From contig BCIN01000002.1 of the NCBI GenBank assembly GCA_039545335.1, positions 2,696,678 through 2,760,677 of the forward strand: a stretch of 64,000 nucleotides of DNA. The letters are read 5' to 3'. Of the stretch, positions 26,701-40,260 are shown piece after piece; within the stretch, counting starts at the first letter, position 1; each line of letters starts with the position of its first letter. The position numbers and the translations under genes were made by a program. This DNA comes from Kondoa subrosea (Eukaryota). The notes under the pieces are model-generated. The model did no database searches, was not told the origin of the DNA, and saw only the letters and a list, made by a program, of their open reading frames with translations.

Positions 26701-29700
26701 CTGCTCGATATACTTCAGCAGATTTGGTAAAAGCGTTTCAGACACCAATCGATGCACCCCTAAATTCGAGCCAGAGTCGTCTAATTCAAAGTGGAAAGCC
26801 TTGAGGACTCCTACAAGACATCGAACAAAAATCTTCTGATGCGGTGAGTTGCGTTTGGCTAAACGAAAAAAGTGATGCAGCCAAGTTCGATAGGCTGACC
26901 ACGTTAGAGAGGCCGAAATCCGGGAGATGCAAAGTACAGCTTCATTGACCAGGTCGAGATCAATCTTCTGCCTGTCGCGTGCATTTGGTAGAAAGTGACA
27001 GATAAGGGGTAAGAAAAGATCACTCAGAGTATTGCTGCTGATGTTTAAAGATTGAGCTTCGTCTGCTAGTCTCTTTAATGCCCTGGCTCGACGATGATGT
27101 TGTATATGATACAGATTGCTAAAAAAGCTGGCTTCTTGATCGCCGCTAACCAGGAGGCATTGTATCTCCTTCAGAAGAGGAATCTCTGGCAGTGCTGATG
27201 CCGCGAATCCAAGTAGAACCAGGAAGTCTGATCGTATCAGTTCGGTTGGCGATTTGAGTGACTCGCGAATACCAGGGAGGACAACTGTATTGAACAGACC
27301 GGAGAAATCATGCGGCTTCTGTGCGGTTACTGAAATGAATCGACGCAAAGCTTGAGATCCATTCGTCCGGATGACCAATTCTTCCACATCTTTAGCAAAG
27401 AAGAGCATGTTATGAAGTATCGATACCCACTCTGCCGCAGTAAATGTCGGGAACAGAGTTTCATTGATCAGGGCAAAAGCGCTTAATCGTCTCTCGAAGT
27501 CCGGTTCTTCTGATCTCTTCGTTGAGAATGCGTTGAGATCGGCAAGAAGAGAGGTGAGTGTATTTGGCACGACTTGAAGTTCTGACAGCGCCGTGTACGT
27601 GTGCACCAGCTCCTTGCGAGCTGAAGGCGTTTGTATAGTTGAGAAAAGAATACTGATAGAGGAATTGACCTTCCCAACAGTATGCGCTGCTGTAGTTTTC
27701 CCAGAGTACAGCAAACTGGCTATTGAGCGCAGGATTCGCAGTAGATCGACCTTGATACGGTCGGGAACTTGACGCGGTGCTTTTCCAAGCAGTGGTAGAA
27801 GCATTCCCTCTAGCACTACGGCTTGCTCGTGTTGCCGAACAAAAGGTGCGAGCAGAACCAACAAACCGATTCTTCTGCTGAACAGTGCTTCACGCAGGTT
27901 GGTTGCTGTTGCACTTGCGGCCAGATTTGCCAGCAGGAGATCCAAATGTGCGATTATACATTGCTCTTGCATTTCGATGTCCGGAATCTCGGGTGTGAGC
28001 AGATTTTGCAGGAAGTCGAATAGCCGATGCATGACCGCTGGATTTACCGCTGGTTCTACAATACATTGGTATACCGAAGGTAAGAGCTGGATGTCGAATT
28101 GCCAAAGGAAGGTGCGGGTAGCTGGCTGAGTTGACCACAGAACAAAAAGATTAAGTAAAGCCGAAGGAGCTTGAGCAGTGTCGCCCGGTAGGTTCGGCAA
28201 TCTAGGCGATATGACTACTTGAAAAGCTTCGGGCAGAATGAAAGAAGCATTGAAAGAAGGGACAAGGTGGAAGAAGTCTGCAAAGCGGCGCACACCTAAT
28301 TTGCGGACGCTTCGCAGCATAGATGAGGAGGGGGGCGTCTTAAAGGAAGCGGTTGAATGGGACAGGGTGTCTTCCGGCGCTGAGTTGCTTAGCCGTACCA
28401 GATTTACTGTAGTCCGAATCAATTCTGGCAAGCGGGCTACAAGCTGATCGCCCAAGTGCCGAAGAACGTCGTGTAACAGAGAAAGAAAGCCCAAAGCTGG
28501 TCTTGCGATTTGCTCGGTATCATGATTGCCTTTCTTCAAAGGTTTCAACATCAGGTCAGCTAATATAGATAATTCATCTGCCGAGCAGTTCTTGAGTGCT
28601 ACCAGTATGGCATTCTTGCGAGTTGCTTGCAATCGAGCTGAGTCGGAGTACCCACTTTTGCCAGTCAGCACACCAAACATCAGATGAATGAAGACCTTCA
28701 TGACTGTATGCCGGTCGGTGGCAGGTATCGTCTCGTCGCTTTGTGCGAGTGGCAACGACAACAGAGTATCGCGAAATTTGGGTGGATCAAGGAGACCTTC
28801 AAGCTGTTCTTGCATTTGGACAAGAGTGCGATTCTTCCATGTGAGAATACACTTTAAAGCGAGTCTTTGCACATGTATATCGCCTTGAGAGATGTAGCTT
28901 AGGTAAGAAGCGTAGAGTTCTTCGTACTTGTAGAATGATTTTGGGTTTGTCATATTACTGAACATTGTGAGCCAGCTGGAAATTCGACTCTGACGGGCAG
29001 CGGAAGAGAGTGTTGACGAGGTGCTGTCGCTAAAAACATGCTCTAGGCAGACTGGAACAATCTGTCGGCTGTACTTCTGAACCAGTTGAGGCAGACGTCC
29101 AAAAACATTGAGCAACTCCGCTTCATAAGTCAGTTCATTCAAACGATTCGCGGAAATTTGGTCCTAATCACGATATAAGCCATCTTTTGCAGGCTTTAGA
29201 TTTTGACATACTGCATAAAATACACCCAGTCCTTGCTTGCCCGCTCGATCGAGCTTGTTAAGATTAGTGCAGACAAAGTGCGAATAGGTAGATTTCTTCG
29301 CATCCTCCTCTTCTAGTTCTGATAAAGACCATGAAGGACTGGCGACGAGATACAGCGGAATTGGCGATAACCCGTTGAGAGCAAGCAATTGCTGCCCTGC
29401 AGTGTCCCACAGAAGATCCAGATGCTTGTGTGGTAGAGCGACCAGGACATTGACTACATCGGCCCATAGAGGCTTGATGTTGACCTTGAGCGTGGCTAAA
29501 GGAAAAATTATTCTTCTCCTCTACTAGGCGCGAAAGGCACAACCCACCAATACAATGCATGATCGCTATCTTCACTACGCCTTCATCAATAGCCACTTTC
29601 GCCAGAGCACCAATTTTCCGAATTTCCAAGCTACGCTCACGGGCTTCTTGAAAGGTTAGTGGAACTTGTTCTGCTTGCAAGCACATGCTCAAGACTCTGG

Positions 29701-32195
29701 CCATTTCAGGGGTAGCAGCGAATACATTCAACAGCTTAAGAGTTTCGATTCTGAGAGAAGCATCTTCAGAAAGCAGGTTTGGCTGAAGCATATCAAGGAT
29801 GGTTATGTAGTCGATGTTTTCCAGCCTGAATTAGAACGATGAGGCAAAGGAGATAGTTCAAGCACAAGTGCTGACCTCTGATGTGACTCCAGATACTTAT
29901 TGAGTTGAACGAGAACATTCCGATGCCATCCGTGCTGTTTGAGAATGGCCAGAAATGGGCCCGGTTCGATGATTGAAACAGCAGATACGGCGTAGGCAAG
30001 TATCTGAGAAAGATTGTGGGGAGTCTCTGAGAAATTGGTGCGAGGATTGATCTTGCTAGCAAGAGTAACGGAAAGAATGTTCTCGCATCGTGAAGATATT
30101 GCTTGAGCGGAAAGCAAAGGCGCCAGATGCAGAAGATCCAGAAGCTCTTGCGACTGCGTTGATGCTAAGCCAGGGCATAAGCATCCTTAAAGCCAACTCA
30201 CCTGTTTGATGTTGAAATTGCCAGCCTCCACCGTTCTACACCATTCTTCAGCTACCTTTTCTAATCGTTTTTGCAGCAAATCAATCATAGCTCCCATCTT
30301 CAACTTCTGAGCAGTTGACCAAGCTTCATTTGCCCGAAGTCTAGCAATAACTTCAATGGTTTGTTGAACTTCCACGTTGGTCTCAAGGCGCTCCTCTATG
30401 ACTTGCAACACAGGAAGAGCAAGAAAGTCGGAGAAGAGAGGCCATTGAAGTTCAGATAGCGCCAAAGACATGCGCGTAAGCAGTTCGTAAGCCTACATCG
30501 AACCATTCAGAGTGTGTGGTTGTCAAATGTCAAAAGGCAATGCTCACATATTGAGATTGTTGCATCTTCTCTATTAGAGCTTTTCCTGTACCAAGAAGAT
30601 TTTGCAATTTGCCAACCACAAACACCTTGACGCAGAGGTCGGCAAACCCAAATCGAAATTCTTGACTCCTCTCGTTCAATCCATTGCTCAACAAGTTTAA
30701 GAGCGAGAAGATCTCCGTATGTCGGCTCTCTGAAACTCTGTTTCCTCTTCTCACGCCGACCAAAACAGCTAACAACCTCATTGCTGAACACAAACGCTTT
30801 TCGTCATCCTCTTTCTTGACTAGATCCAACACAGCAAGTACCAAAGGATCGGCATGTTCTACTCTAGAATGATGAATGAGAGCAATGAACGCCCTTTCAA
30901 GTGTTTGAAGCGACTGTGAATGGTCGAGAGCTCGAGTTGCAAAACTTGAAAAAAGTATTGATGCTCGAGAATGAAGTCGGTGATCGATAGATTGAATTGA
31001 CTCCATCAACAGCCAAGAAACAGATTCGGAGAGCAAATGAGGCGAGGGGAGCGTTGTCAGATCGGTAAAACTGAGGTTGGCGAACATTGCTAGTTGATCC
31101 GAGGAGGCCCGACGAAGGACGTAGCTGAAGGATGACGCGAGAAGATGTCGAAGATGAGGTTGGGTACGGATCTTGCTTTGAGCTGATTTACCAAATCGTA
31201 AAGGTTCTTTTGGCTTGACTGGCTCATCAACAATGATTGTATTCATTGGCTCTTGGAACAGATCATCAGCTTCCGGGGCATCGTTTACAACCTCTTCGAT
31301 TCCAGCCTCTTCGATTTCTTCTACCACGTCATCAACGAGCATTGTAGGTTCTTCCACTTCGACTTCTTCCGCTGTCTCAGGTACTTCCGCCTCTTCTTCT
31401 ACTGGTATTGATGCCCCTAACCCTTCTCTGACGTGACTCCAGCAGGTCTCTGGATCTTGTACCATTTCTTTGGCCAGATCCCGAAAGAGTAAAGCAATGG
31501 TTTGAAAAGCTTTTTCAACGATAGTAGCGGAATTTGCAGTAAGGCCTAGAATGAGAGCCACTCGAATGATCGGTGGCATGAGAGGAACGACAATTTGAGC
31601 ATCCGGTAACGTTTGAAGGAAAGCTGGTATAAGACTATAGCAGACCTTCAGCCTCTTGTACACCGGAAGAACAAGTATATATCTCACTCTAGCATAACCT
31701 CTCCACACAGTTCTCGATCGTGCCCTTCCATTGTAGCTACCATCTCATTGATAATGGCTTCTTTGTGGTACAGCACCAAAGGCAAGCTCTTGCACCAAGG
31801 AGTGACTTTTCGAACGAAGAGCAAGAAAGGCACAGTGGTATTGATCTGAGATAGACTAGCCAACGCTGTTGACAGTGGGGTACCGACTTCAGATTCAGCC
31901 TCATCTTCTTCAGCTGGATCATCCAATGTTCGAGCTCGTTGCAGCAAAGTTGAGGCATCCACTGAAATCTTGTTGACTTGCTTGTTCAACGATTGAAACT
32001 AATAACAGCAGGTATAGTCATAAGCCAGGAGCATGAATGAAGCAGAGATGGAAAACTTGCTCTGAAGCGTTGCTCAACTGGAGCCTTTGTTTTCGGCTTA
32101 CGCTCTGGTACAGCTTCAACAGCAGTACGAATAGAAGTAGTCTTGCTGGCTTTAGATGCTTTAGGCTTCTTGCTGCGAGGTTTCGAGGGAGCCAT
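23705..32195 (-). CDS. UTP20: U3 snoRNA-associated protein 20 (SSU processome, HEAT/DRIM)
   Basis: Very large HEAT-repeat protein. N-terminal RFR-FQSL and SLPLVLYHKE, EPDFERRL, HIQHHRRARAL, LQRGPQQHVL, QFLLDYPQG..NLDYVHESGRLS. About 4.8-kb central exon. Confidence 0.93.
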
Positions 32196-32499
32196 TTTTT
32201 TTCTCTTGATGATGCACCGAAGTGACGGGAATCAAGGGCTACAGTCTTTTGGATATAATTTTGCTGTGGTATTTAAGTCAGTCTTGGGTATTCTGTAGGC
32301 CTTTCAAGGCGAGCTAGGTGCTTGCTGCTGAACAAGGTCATCTGTTTTTCTTCTCGTTCGAAACGGTGACAGCTCTTTCTGCCTTATTGTAGCTTCTGTC
32401 TTCAACAATCCTCAGATTCCCCTTCTAGCTCGCTAGCGAAGATCTTCACTCAATGGTTTCGCTTTGTGTCCTGTAAATCTGTCAAACTACATTGCCCAA

Positions 32500-34376
32500 A
32501 TGTCGAAAAGCGCTTTCCTGCGTGATTATGGGCTTGAAGAAAACACCAGAGCTCGGCATATATCTCGTCACTCTCGCGGCATGCCATTCAGATGGTCAGA
32601 ACTGTTCTTCAGCTTTACTCGGCGCGGAAAGGAACAGTCTATTGATCAGGACATGGTTCGTACTACGCAAGTTCGACACAAGCCTGGCATACCTTTCGAT
32701 ATCTGTGCACATATTGTGCTGTACGTCGGCGATCCGAAAGATCTGTATCGACTATTGTTTGTCGACCGTAAGTTCTTTCTTAAACACGTTGCGCTGCTTT
32801 CTGATAGCTGCAAACAGATGCGTTTCACGGTGCTACACTTCCCAGACTTTGTCACACGGTTGGCTCTAAGTATTTGGCTTTACCATCATTCTCGGCCCGC
32901 AAGTATGGTCATTTGATTCGCGTTTGCTATTGGACCATGGGTCTGGATGTCGAAAGCAGCAAAGAAGCTTTGGACCAACGCAACTCGGGCTCGGCCACAG
33001 ATCAATTTTTGATTGAGCTCGATCAATATGAAGCGGTAGCTAAAGCTCGGCAGCGTTTGGCTAGAATCGTATCAAATCTGATAAATTGTCCTGGAATAAT
33101 CGCATTGCATCTCAGTCTGGTCATCAATTGGTATAGTGGTACTCAGGGGAATGATCTCGCTGCAGACGGTTTGGCGTTTATGAGCAATCGATATTCTTAT
33201 AACGTCTTCTCCTCTGAAAACAATCCCGACAACTTCACTCGAGATATTCCAATCCCTGACAGTAATGCACTATTGGCTCTTCCATGCCGCCAGACCATTC
33301 AGAGCCTCAGTCTTTTCGTTGGTCTGTCTAGTCACCTTCTGCATCTCGACCCTCTAGGCAGATTTATTTCAGCTTTGCCTCGACTGCGACATCTCAGAAC
33401 CAACAATCCATTGTTTCAGCATTATGATGGATCTTTGAGTGGCTGGAATACCTCAGCGTTGCGAAAATTGACGTACAGCATAGCTGAGAAGAATCCTTGT
33501 CACTCGGCTTTTGGTTCGATTCTTGCCAGCTATGGTCATTCTCTACAAGAAGTTAAGATCACTTCCATAGGCGCGAGTATACGCTTTCCAGTGTCAGCGT
33601 TGACAATCTTGTTCATCGCTCCCATGGTCAAAATGAAGAAGTTGGAAGTTTCGCCGACTGCAAGCGGTCGAGATGGTTGGGAATGGCTGGTTTATTTGCC
33701 GAATCTCGAAGAGCTTTACATGCAAGTGGGAGAAGAGGTTGATATTTCTGATTTGATCGGTCACCTTCAATCTTTCAAATTGGCTCAGACTCTTCGCACG
33801 ATTTCTGTCAACTCAGGTCCGGCACTAGATATATCTAGTGCGATGTCTCTGCTCTGCACTCGAAGACCAGGATACTGTTCTCCGAGTCGTATTGTCAGCC
33901 TCGAGGTGTTTCGACCCCTGACCCGGCATTTCAGTTTCCCCAAGCTTCAATGCGCCCGTTTTCCACTTTATTTGGACGATTCACCTACTACTCTGAGACG
34001 GCTCGAAGCGGGTACAAGTCAAAGGAAAACCGACCCGTCAAAACCGACGTGTCAGCGCTCGACTCTCTACATGCGCCGTTTACTCTTGCGGAACCTTTTT
34101 AACCTCAGTCAGCAAGCCGAGTCGGGAGTAGACATCCACTTTGAGATCCCTCCCAGTAAATCAAGCATGGTTCAGGCTGCCGGTATTGGCATGTTGGGTT
34201 CATTCAGCCGTAATGGAAGGAGATGCGTTCTCGTTTCGAGCCTAAATCGCGAAAATGTGTTTGAGCTGAAAGAAGTTGAGGGAGGAGTCTATTTTCGAAC
34301 TGGAAAGGCAGTGAAAGATGGACAGACTTATTTCAAGCGCGGTTTCGAGAAAGTTGACGATGGCAGGGAGTTGTGA
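32500..34376 (+). CDS. F-box / LRR-like protein
   Basis: IPFDICAHIVLYV..DLYRLLFVD spliced into a 500-aa ORF with LPRLRHL/LPNLEEL LRR-like motifs. Start uncertain. Confidence 0.6.
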
Positions 34377-34742
34377 AGCAACGGGACCATGCATTATGCT
34401 TCTCCTAAAGATAGCCTCGAAGTCTAAAGCCCTGCCTGAGCAGCAATGAGCAGCTTCACAAGGCAATTTATTGTATCTTCGACATAATATTGTTGACCAT
34501 ATACCATCGTCTTGAGTATTATCTCCTTCGAGATCTACAGTAAGGTCCAGCAAGCTTTAAGCTCGACAAGTAGTGCTCCTTGGACAGCGTATAGTCTTGT
34601 CTCGCGTATATATCACTGGTGTTCAAACTTCTCGGTTTTGCCTCTTCCACCTCTAGCCTACAGCCTCGCTTCCTCCGGCGGGACATCCTTCACCTCAACT
34701 CGCTGTTTATTCTTTATTTGATTAACTCAAGACTAGCCCAAC

Positions 34743-36692
34743 ATGGATAGCTCAAATCCAGCGACAAGTAACAATCTGTCGACGAAACTGTAAGCCAAGG
34801 AGCTCTGCTGCCTTTCGCGCATACTTATATACATTTCAGCTCCAAGGAAGAGCGACGTCGACAGAAAGACTTGTCTGCAGCTCGTATGGCCGGTACAGCT
34901 ATGCCAGAAACTGACACAGCTACTGGCAAAGTCATCAAGTATGCTTGGAACCTCTTCGGTAGTGATTTGCTGACCTCATGACTTTCATAGCCCTCATATT
35001 CCAGATTGGATGGCCAAACCTTCTTGGTGGCAAGATACTGGATCTGGTCCATCATTGAAGCATCAGAAAGCTCCAAGCAAATATGATTATAACGCGGACC
35101 CTAAGAAATTGCAGCAAAGCTTCCAAAGGGGATTGAAAACGGATCAGAAAGTACCTCAGAAGTTTAGAAAGGGAGCTTGTGAGAATTGTGGTGCTATGAC
35201 TCACAAAAGGCAGGATTGTTTGGAAAGACCCAGAAAAGTGGGAGCTAAATACTCAGGAAAGGATATCAGACCTGATGAGATCGTGGATGAAGATGGCAAT
35301 GTAAGAGGTGTCGGTAATGCTTGGGATGAAAAGAGAGATCGATGGTCTGGTTATAATCCTGCAGATCACAAACGGGTCGTACTCGAGCACGAAGCCCTAG
35401 AAGAAGCTCGGAAAGCTTTGCGAGAAGAAGAGTTGGACAAAGGAACTTCAGTGAACAATCTCAAACAAGTTGCGAAAGCTGGAAAGAGCAAGAAACAGCA
35501 GGCAGATGAAGACGACTTTGGGTCAAGCGACGAAAGTGCAGAAGAGGATGACACCAAATACGCTGATGGAGCAGACGTTGCTGGTCAGAAGTTGGATACT
35601 AAGAATGTCAGTTCTTTGCTCTTCTCTTCCTTACCAGTTTCTGATACTCTATCTTGCTTCAGCGAGTCACTGTCCGCAATCTCCGTATTAGAGAAGATAC
35701 AGCCAAATATCTTCGCAATCTCGATACCGAATCAGCTTACTACGATCCTAAATCTCGATCTATGCGTGAAGCACCGAATGCTGATGTCCGGCCTGAAGAT
35801 GCTGTATTTGCAGGCGAGAACTTCGTGCGCATGTCAGGCGGAGCTACAGAAATTGAGCGATTACAACTCTTCGCATGGCAATCTGAAGCACGAGGTCAAG
35901 ATGTCCATATCAACGCTAATCCTACTCAGGCATCTTTGGTTCATTCCCAATTTTTGACCAAGAAAGAGAAACTCAAGGACACAAGTGCGAAAGGCATGCT
36001 TGACCGATATGGAGGAGCAGAACATTTGCAGAAACCGCCAAAGGAATTATTACTCGGTCAGAGTGAAGCATATGTTGAGTATCATCCAGGCACTGGTCAA
36101 CTCATCAAAGGTCAAGAGAAAGCTAAGGCAGTTTCCAAATACAACGAAGACGGTATGTTTGAAGCCTTGATGTACAATTTAAAACTGACTTGACTGCCTA
36201 TCTGCAGTATTTCCTGGGAATCACACAGCTGTTTGGGGTTCGTATTGGAACGATGGAACTTGGGGTTTCGCTTGTTGTCAAAGTGAGCTTGCTTGTCAAC
36301 AAATTTCCTATCTCTAACAATTTTGTAAAAGGTTCTATTCGCGGCTCGTACTGTGTCGGTCTAGCTGGTCTCAACGCAGCTGAGAACTCCCGTTTCGATG
36401 CAAACAACCCAGCACCCGTAGCAAGACAGATTGAAGCACCGGCTGAATCTCAGGAGTCGGTTTTCGAAGAGAGAAAGAGGAAAGCGCTGGAAGATACTGG
36501 AGATGAGCGGCCCGCAAAGTCAAGCAGAACAAATGGTGATGTGACGTGAGTGTTTTCGAAGCGTATACCTGGCAACGGCTAAATCACCATCATATTCCTA
36601 GTGATGAGCAGATGGAAGAGTATAGAAGACAAAGATCAGCTTACGAAGATCCGCTTAACAAAGTAGGAGGAGACGAATTGTTACCATTGTAA
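34743..36692 (+). CDS. SLU7: Pre-mRNA splicing factor Slu7
   Basis: INPHIP, zinc knuckle [60 protein letters not shown]. Confidence 0.95.
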
Positions 36693-36742
36693 TTCTAGAT
36701 TTGGCGACAGTATACTGTGCATGCTACGGAAGATTGTGAATA

Positions 36743-38017
36743 TTATGCTTTCAATGTTCTTTGCGCCCATGCAAGACTGCCAGCCCAAATGATTACACTC
36801 TGCATCTGGAGCAGACTGACCCGCATCGGCGGTTCTTTTCCTGCCTCCTCTTCCCCTAACCCATATCTTTTGAGTAATTGCGATACTTTGTAGACTTGTG
36901 GTGCTGCTATAACAGCAGTAGTGGCAATCAAGCCTGCCAGAAAACGGTCTGCTAGAGTGCAAACGTAAAGTGTAGAAGTGCCAAAATAGAGTAATTCGAG
37001 GAAGTTGTAGACTTTGGCACTCAGGGATCGTCCTGTCAATAGTCTCAACATCAGCCAAGATCAAGCAATGCAAGGAAGATTACAGCCTACCGAATAGAGC
37101 TGCTAATGTCCGCTTGTTCACCGTTAGATCTCCTTCGATATCCGTGATGTTCATGCAAAGGATTCGACCAGATTGAAGTAGCACATCCAGAACGAACAGA
37201 CAGAACGAAGTCGACGGCACGTCAAATCGATCGGTATGTGACTGCTTCTGAAAGTTGTAGCCGCACAAGAAGGAGCCGATCGAGACGGTCGATAGACTTG
37301 TAAATTCGCAAAAGAGAGTGTAGCTCGTCTCAAAAGGTTTGCTAGAGATACCGTCAGGAGCCCTTTCACCTGGGAGAGAGCAGACTTACCCATTGTACTG
37401 AGTAGCGATTGCAATACTAATCAATGTACCAAGCAGTGTATTCCCTTGAAATGGCGTAGAGTCGGGATAACATGTACGATGCAGTAAAACCAGAGCAACC
37501 GAAGCGGAATAGAAGGAGATTGCAGCTACCAAAGCTACCCAACGTGGAAGATAGCCTCGCACTAAGATTCCAGATCCTCCCGTTGTTCGGCTTTCTTTCG
37601 AGCGAGTATAGTGATAGAGATCTCCTCTGCTCCTCGATCAGCTTGATTCACGTAAACTAGCCATGCGCGAAAGTGACTGACTGGAAATCAGCCCAGTCAT
37701 TGTGATAGTTGACGGCCACGTTGACGAGAAAGATGATCGTCATGGAGAGTAAAATCCTTGTGCCATCCACCGCTCGTTGATTACTACCTCTCTACTTTCA
37801 TCAGTGCTCGAGATTACGTAAACTTCGACTTACTCGTAGGCGAAACAGAGAGCTCCTACGCAGCCTCGAAGCATGGCTTCAATCGCATATGGATAGCGCC
37901 CTGCGTCTTATCAGTCTCGGAGCTCTGCGATTGCTATAGATGGTTAGACAAACCAAGTCGAATAAATGCCAGCACTCGGTTCATAGGCTGCACGATCGGT
38001 TGCTGCTGATCGCCCAT
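36743..38017 (-). CDS. UbiA-superfamily prenyltransferase, MenA/UBIAD1-like
   Basis: AFIRLGRY, first Asp motif YHNDWADFQGD, GGSGIL, second motif NITDIEGDLTVNKRTLA, and multiple hydrophobic helices. Confidence 0.75.
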
Positions 38018-38209
38018 CCTATACCCAAATGAACAGCGGATGTACCGTTTTTGAGCAACAGTCAAGGGACGCCAAAGGATAGAATTACGTGATGGGAAAA
38101 GAATGATCTAGCACTGGCAGAATCGCATGACATAGACAATAGCTGTTTTACTTTCACATCTCATCTCATCTCATTTGTCTTATTCAGCATATAAAGCTAC
38201 ACAACTTTC

Positions 38210-39843
38210 CTAAAGCATGGATTTCGCAGCACCTGCAGCGCTAGAAGCTGCATTCACGATGGCATCGCTTGCGCTCTTGTAAGCAGGTTTCTCATCAGAG
38301 CTGGACGAAATTGGATGAATCAGACATGCCAGAAGAGGGATTCCGAGACAAAACACTTACAAGAAAACGTAACCAAATGAAGTTGATGCATCATTGTATC
38401 GCTTGTTGTGATTGAGTGTATCAATCTTCTTGACATCTTCCGCATTCATAGTGAAAACACCCATGTTCTCCTCAGCTCGATCTTTGTTGACAGTCTTGGG
38501 TACGACTGAGTAATGGTTTAATTTAGTCTACGAAGCCTAGCACGCGATTTGGGCATCTTACCAGAGTATTTCTTTGCAATACCCCATGACAAGACTACTT
38601 GAGCTGGAGTTTTGCCTGTTTTCGTAGCGATTTCCTTGACCACTTCCTGTGCGATAAGGAAAAGCATCGAAATCAGCTATACACGTGACTGCGATAATTC
38701 TCTCGCACATGATCGACAATTCTTGTATCGCCTTTGCTCTCGTAGATAGGATTCAAGTTTCCCTATCAGCTACTAATAAGTCAAAAGAAAAAACACGCAA
38801 GGAAAAGGCTGACAAAAGGACTGTAAGCTGTGACAGTAATTCCTTGAGAGTGACACCAATCAGTGAAATCCAATTGCGATAGATAGGGATGCAATTCTGT
38901 GGCGTTAAATTTAGCGCAGTCTCCGGCCAGGATGCAACAGAACTCACCCAGCTGAATATTGTCCGGACGATGTTTAGCGCTCTTGAGCAAAGTTTCAACT
39001 TCAGATCGAGTGTAGTTGGAGATACCGATGTTCTGTAAAATTTCTAAGCTGTCAACGCTCTGAAGTACATCAAATGGCGTACTAACCTTTGTTTTGCCGC
39101 TTTCGAGAGCTTTCTCCATTGCGGCCCAAGTTTGTTGCAGAGTAACCGAGTTATCTCTCTTTGCTACTCCGTTCTCATCCTATCAACGTGGATCATTAGA
39201 TTTGTCTGTGTTCAAATTGCTCAGCCCACCTTAGGGATAGGTTTCTCGCCAGGAACGAAAGCGACAGGCCAGTCTGTATAGTAGTAAGACACATTCAGCT
39301 CCAGACAGAGCAGAGGGGAAAAAAGAATGTACGAATCAGATAAAGATCTACATAGTCGAGCTGTAAATCGGCTAGAGTCTTCTGCAAAGCTTTAGGGACC
39401 TCTTCGACTCTGTGTCAATATCAGTATTCCGCCAAGCTCGGAGATTATGTCAGCGCACTGGTGAGCGTTATTCCATAGCTTAGAAGTGACCCAAATATCT
39501 TCGCGTTTGCCGCCCTCATCAAAGAAGCGTTTCATGCCTTTACTACATCAATAGGGCGACCTTTGAGCAAAGGAAGGACAAGAAGTGATAGTCGACGTAC
39601 CCTACTTCTGCTTCGTTGCCATAGATGGCAGCACAGTCGATCAGCTTATAACCGAGCTTCAGACTCTCATAGGTGATGTTCTCCACCTCCCCAGGCTTAG
39701 AACGCCATGTACCTAAACCGAATAGAGGTAGCTGCTTGTTAGGATTGGCAGAGTGAGGCAGGGGAATAGTTTCTTTAACAGCTATCAGCTCGCAAACCAA
39801 GTGTACAGGAATAGGAATAGGACAAACGGTCTTTGACGGACAT
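38210..39843 (-). CDS. Aldo-keto reductase (GCY1/AKR1-like)
   Basis: GLGTW, IDCAAIYGNE, WVTSKLWN, LYLIHWP, IGISNY, AYSPFG, VVPKT. Confidence 0.92.
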
Positions 39844-40260
39844 AGTAGCGAGATATCGAGCAAAGTAAAGAGATCTAGGCTTCAGAGACGCGTGCAAGAA
39901 AGGGCGAGCAGATACTGCGAGTCGTTGCATAGGAAAGAACCCCGCGGCACGTCATAATCTCGGTTTCGGAAGTAGAGCAGATTCGCCCAATGCTCTTCTC
40001 TGAGTAGAGCTCACTGCAATGTGCCGCTTTGGAGCTGCCCGGCGAGCTCCATAAAGCGTCCGGATCAGCGATTCACGGAAACTCTCTCTTGTTTTAAACC
40101 TCGACCGGCGTCACATTGGAGCTACGCCCTGCTGGACCTAAGACAGATTCCAGCGAAGGCTCTGCGCTGCTTTTTGCAGAGGAATTAGACGCGGTCGACC
40201 GGGACTGGACATCCAACTTACAGTCAAGTGAATTTGCAGGCTGTTGCCTAGCGCAGGAGA

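Noticed and set aside
9133..39843. Secondary-metabolite gene cluster (hydrolases, acyltransferase, FAD monooxygenase, UbiA, AKR)
   Set aside because: No PKS, NRPS or terpene synthase core, and the genes are separated by essential housekeeping genes.
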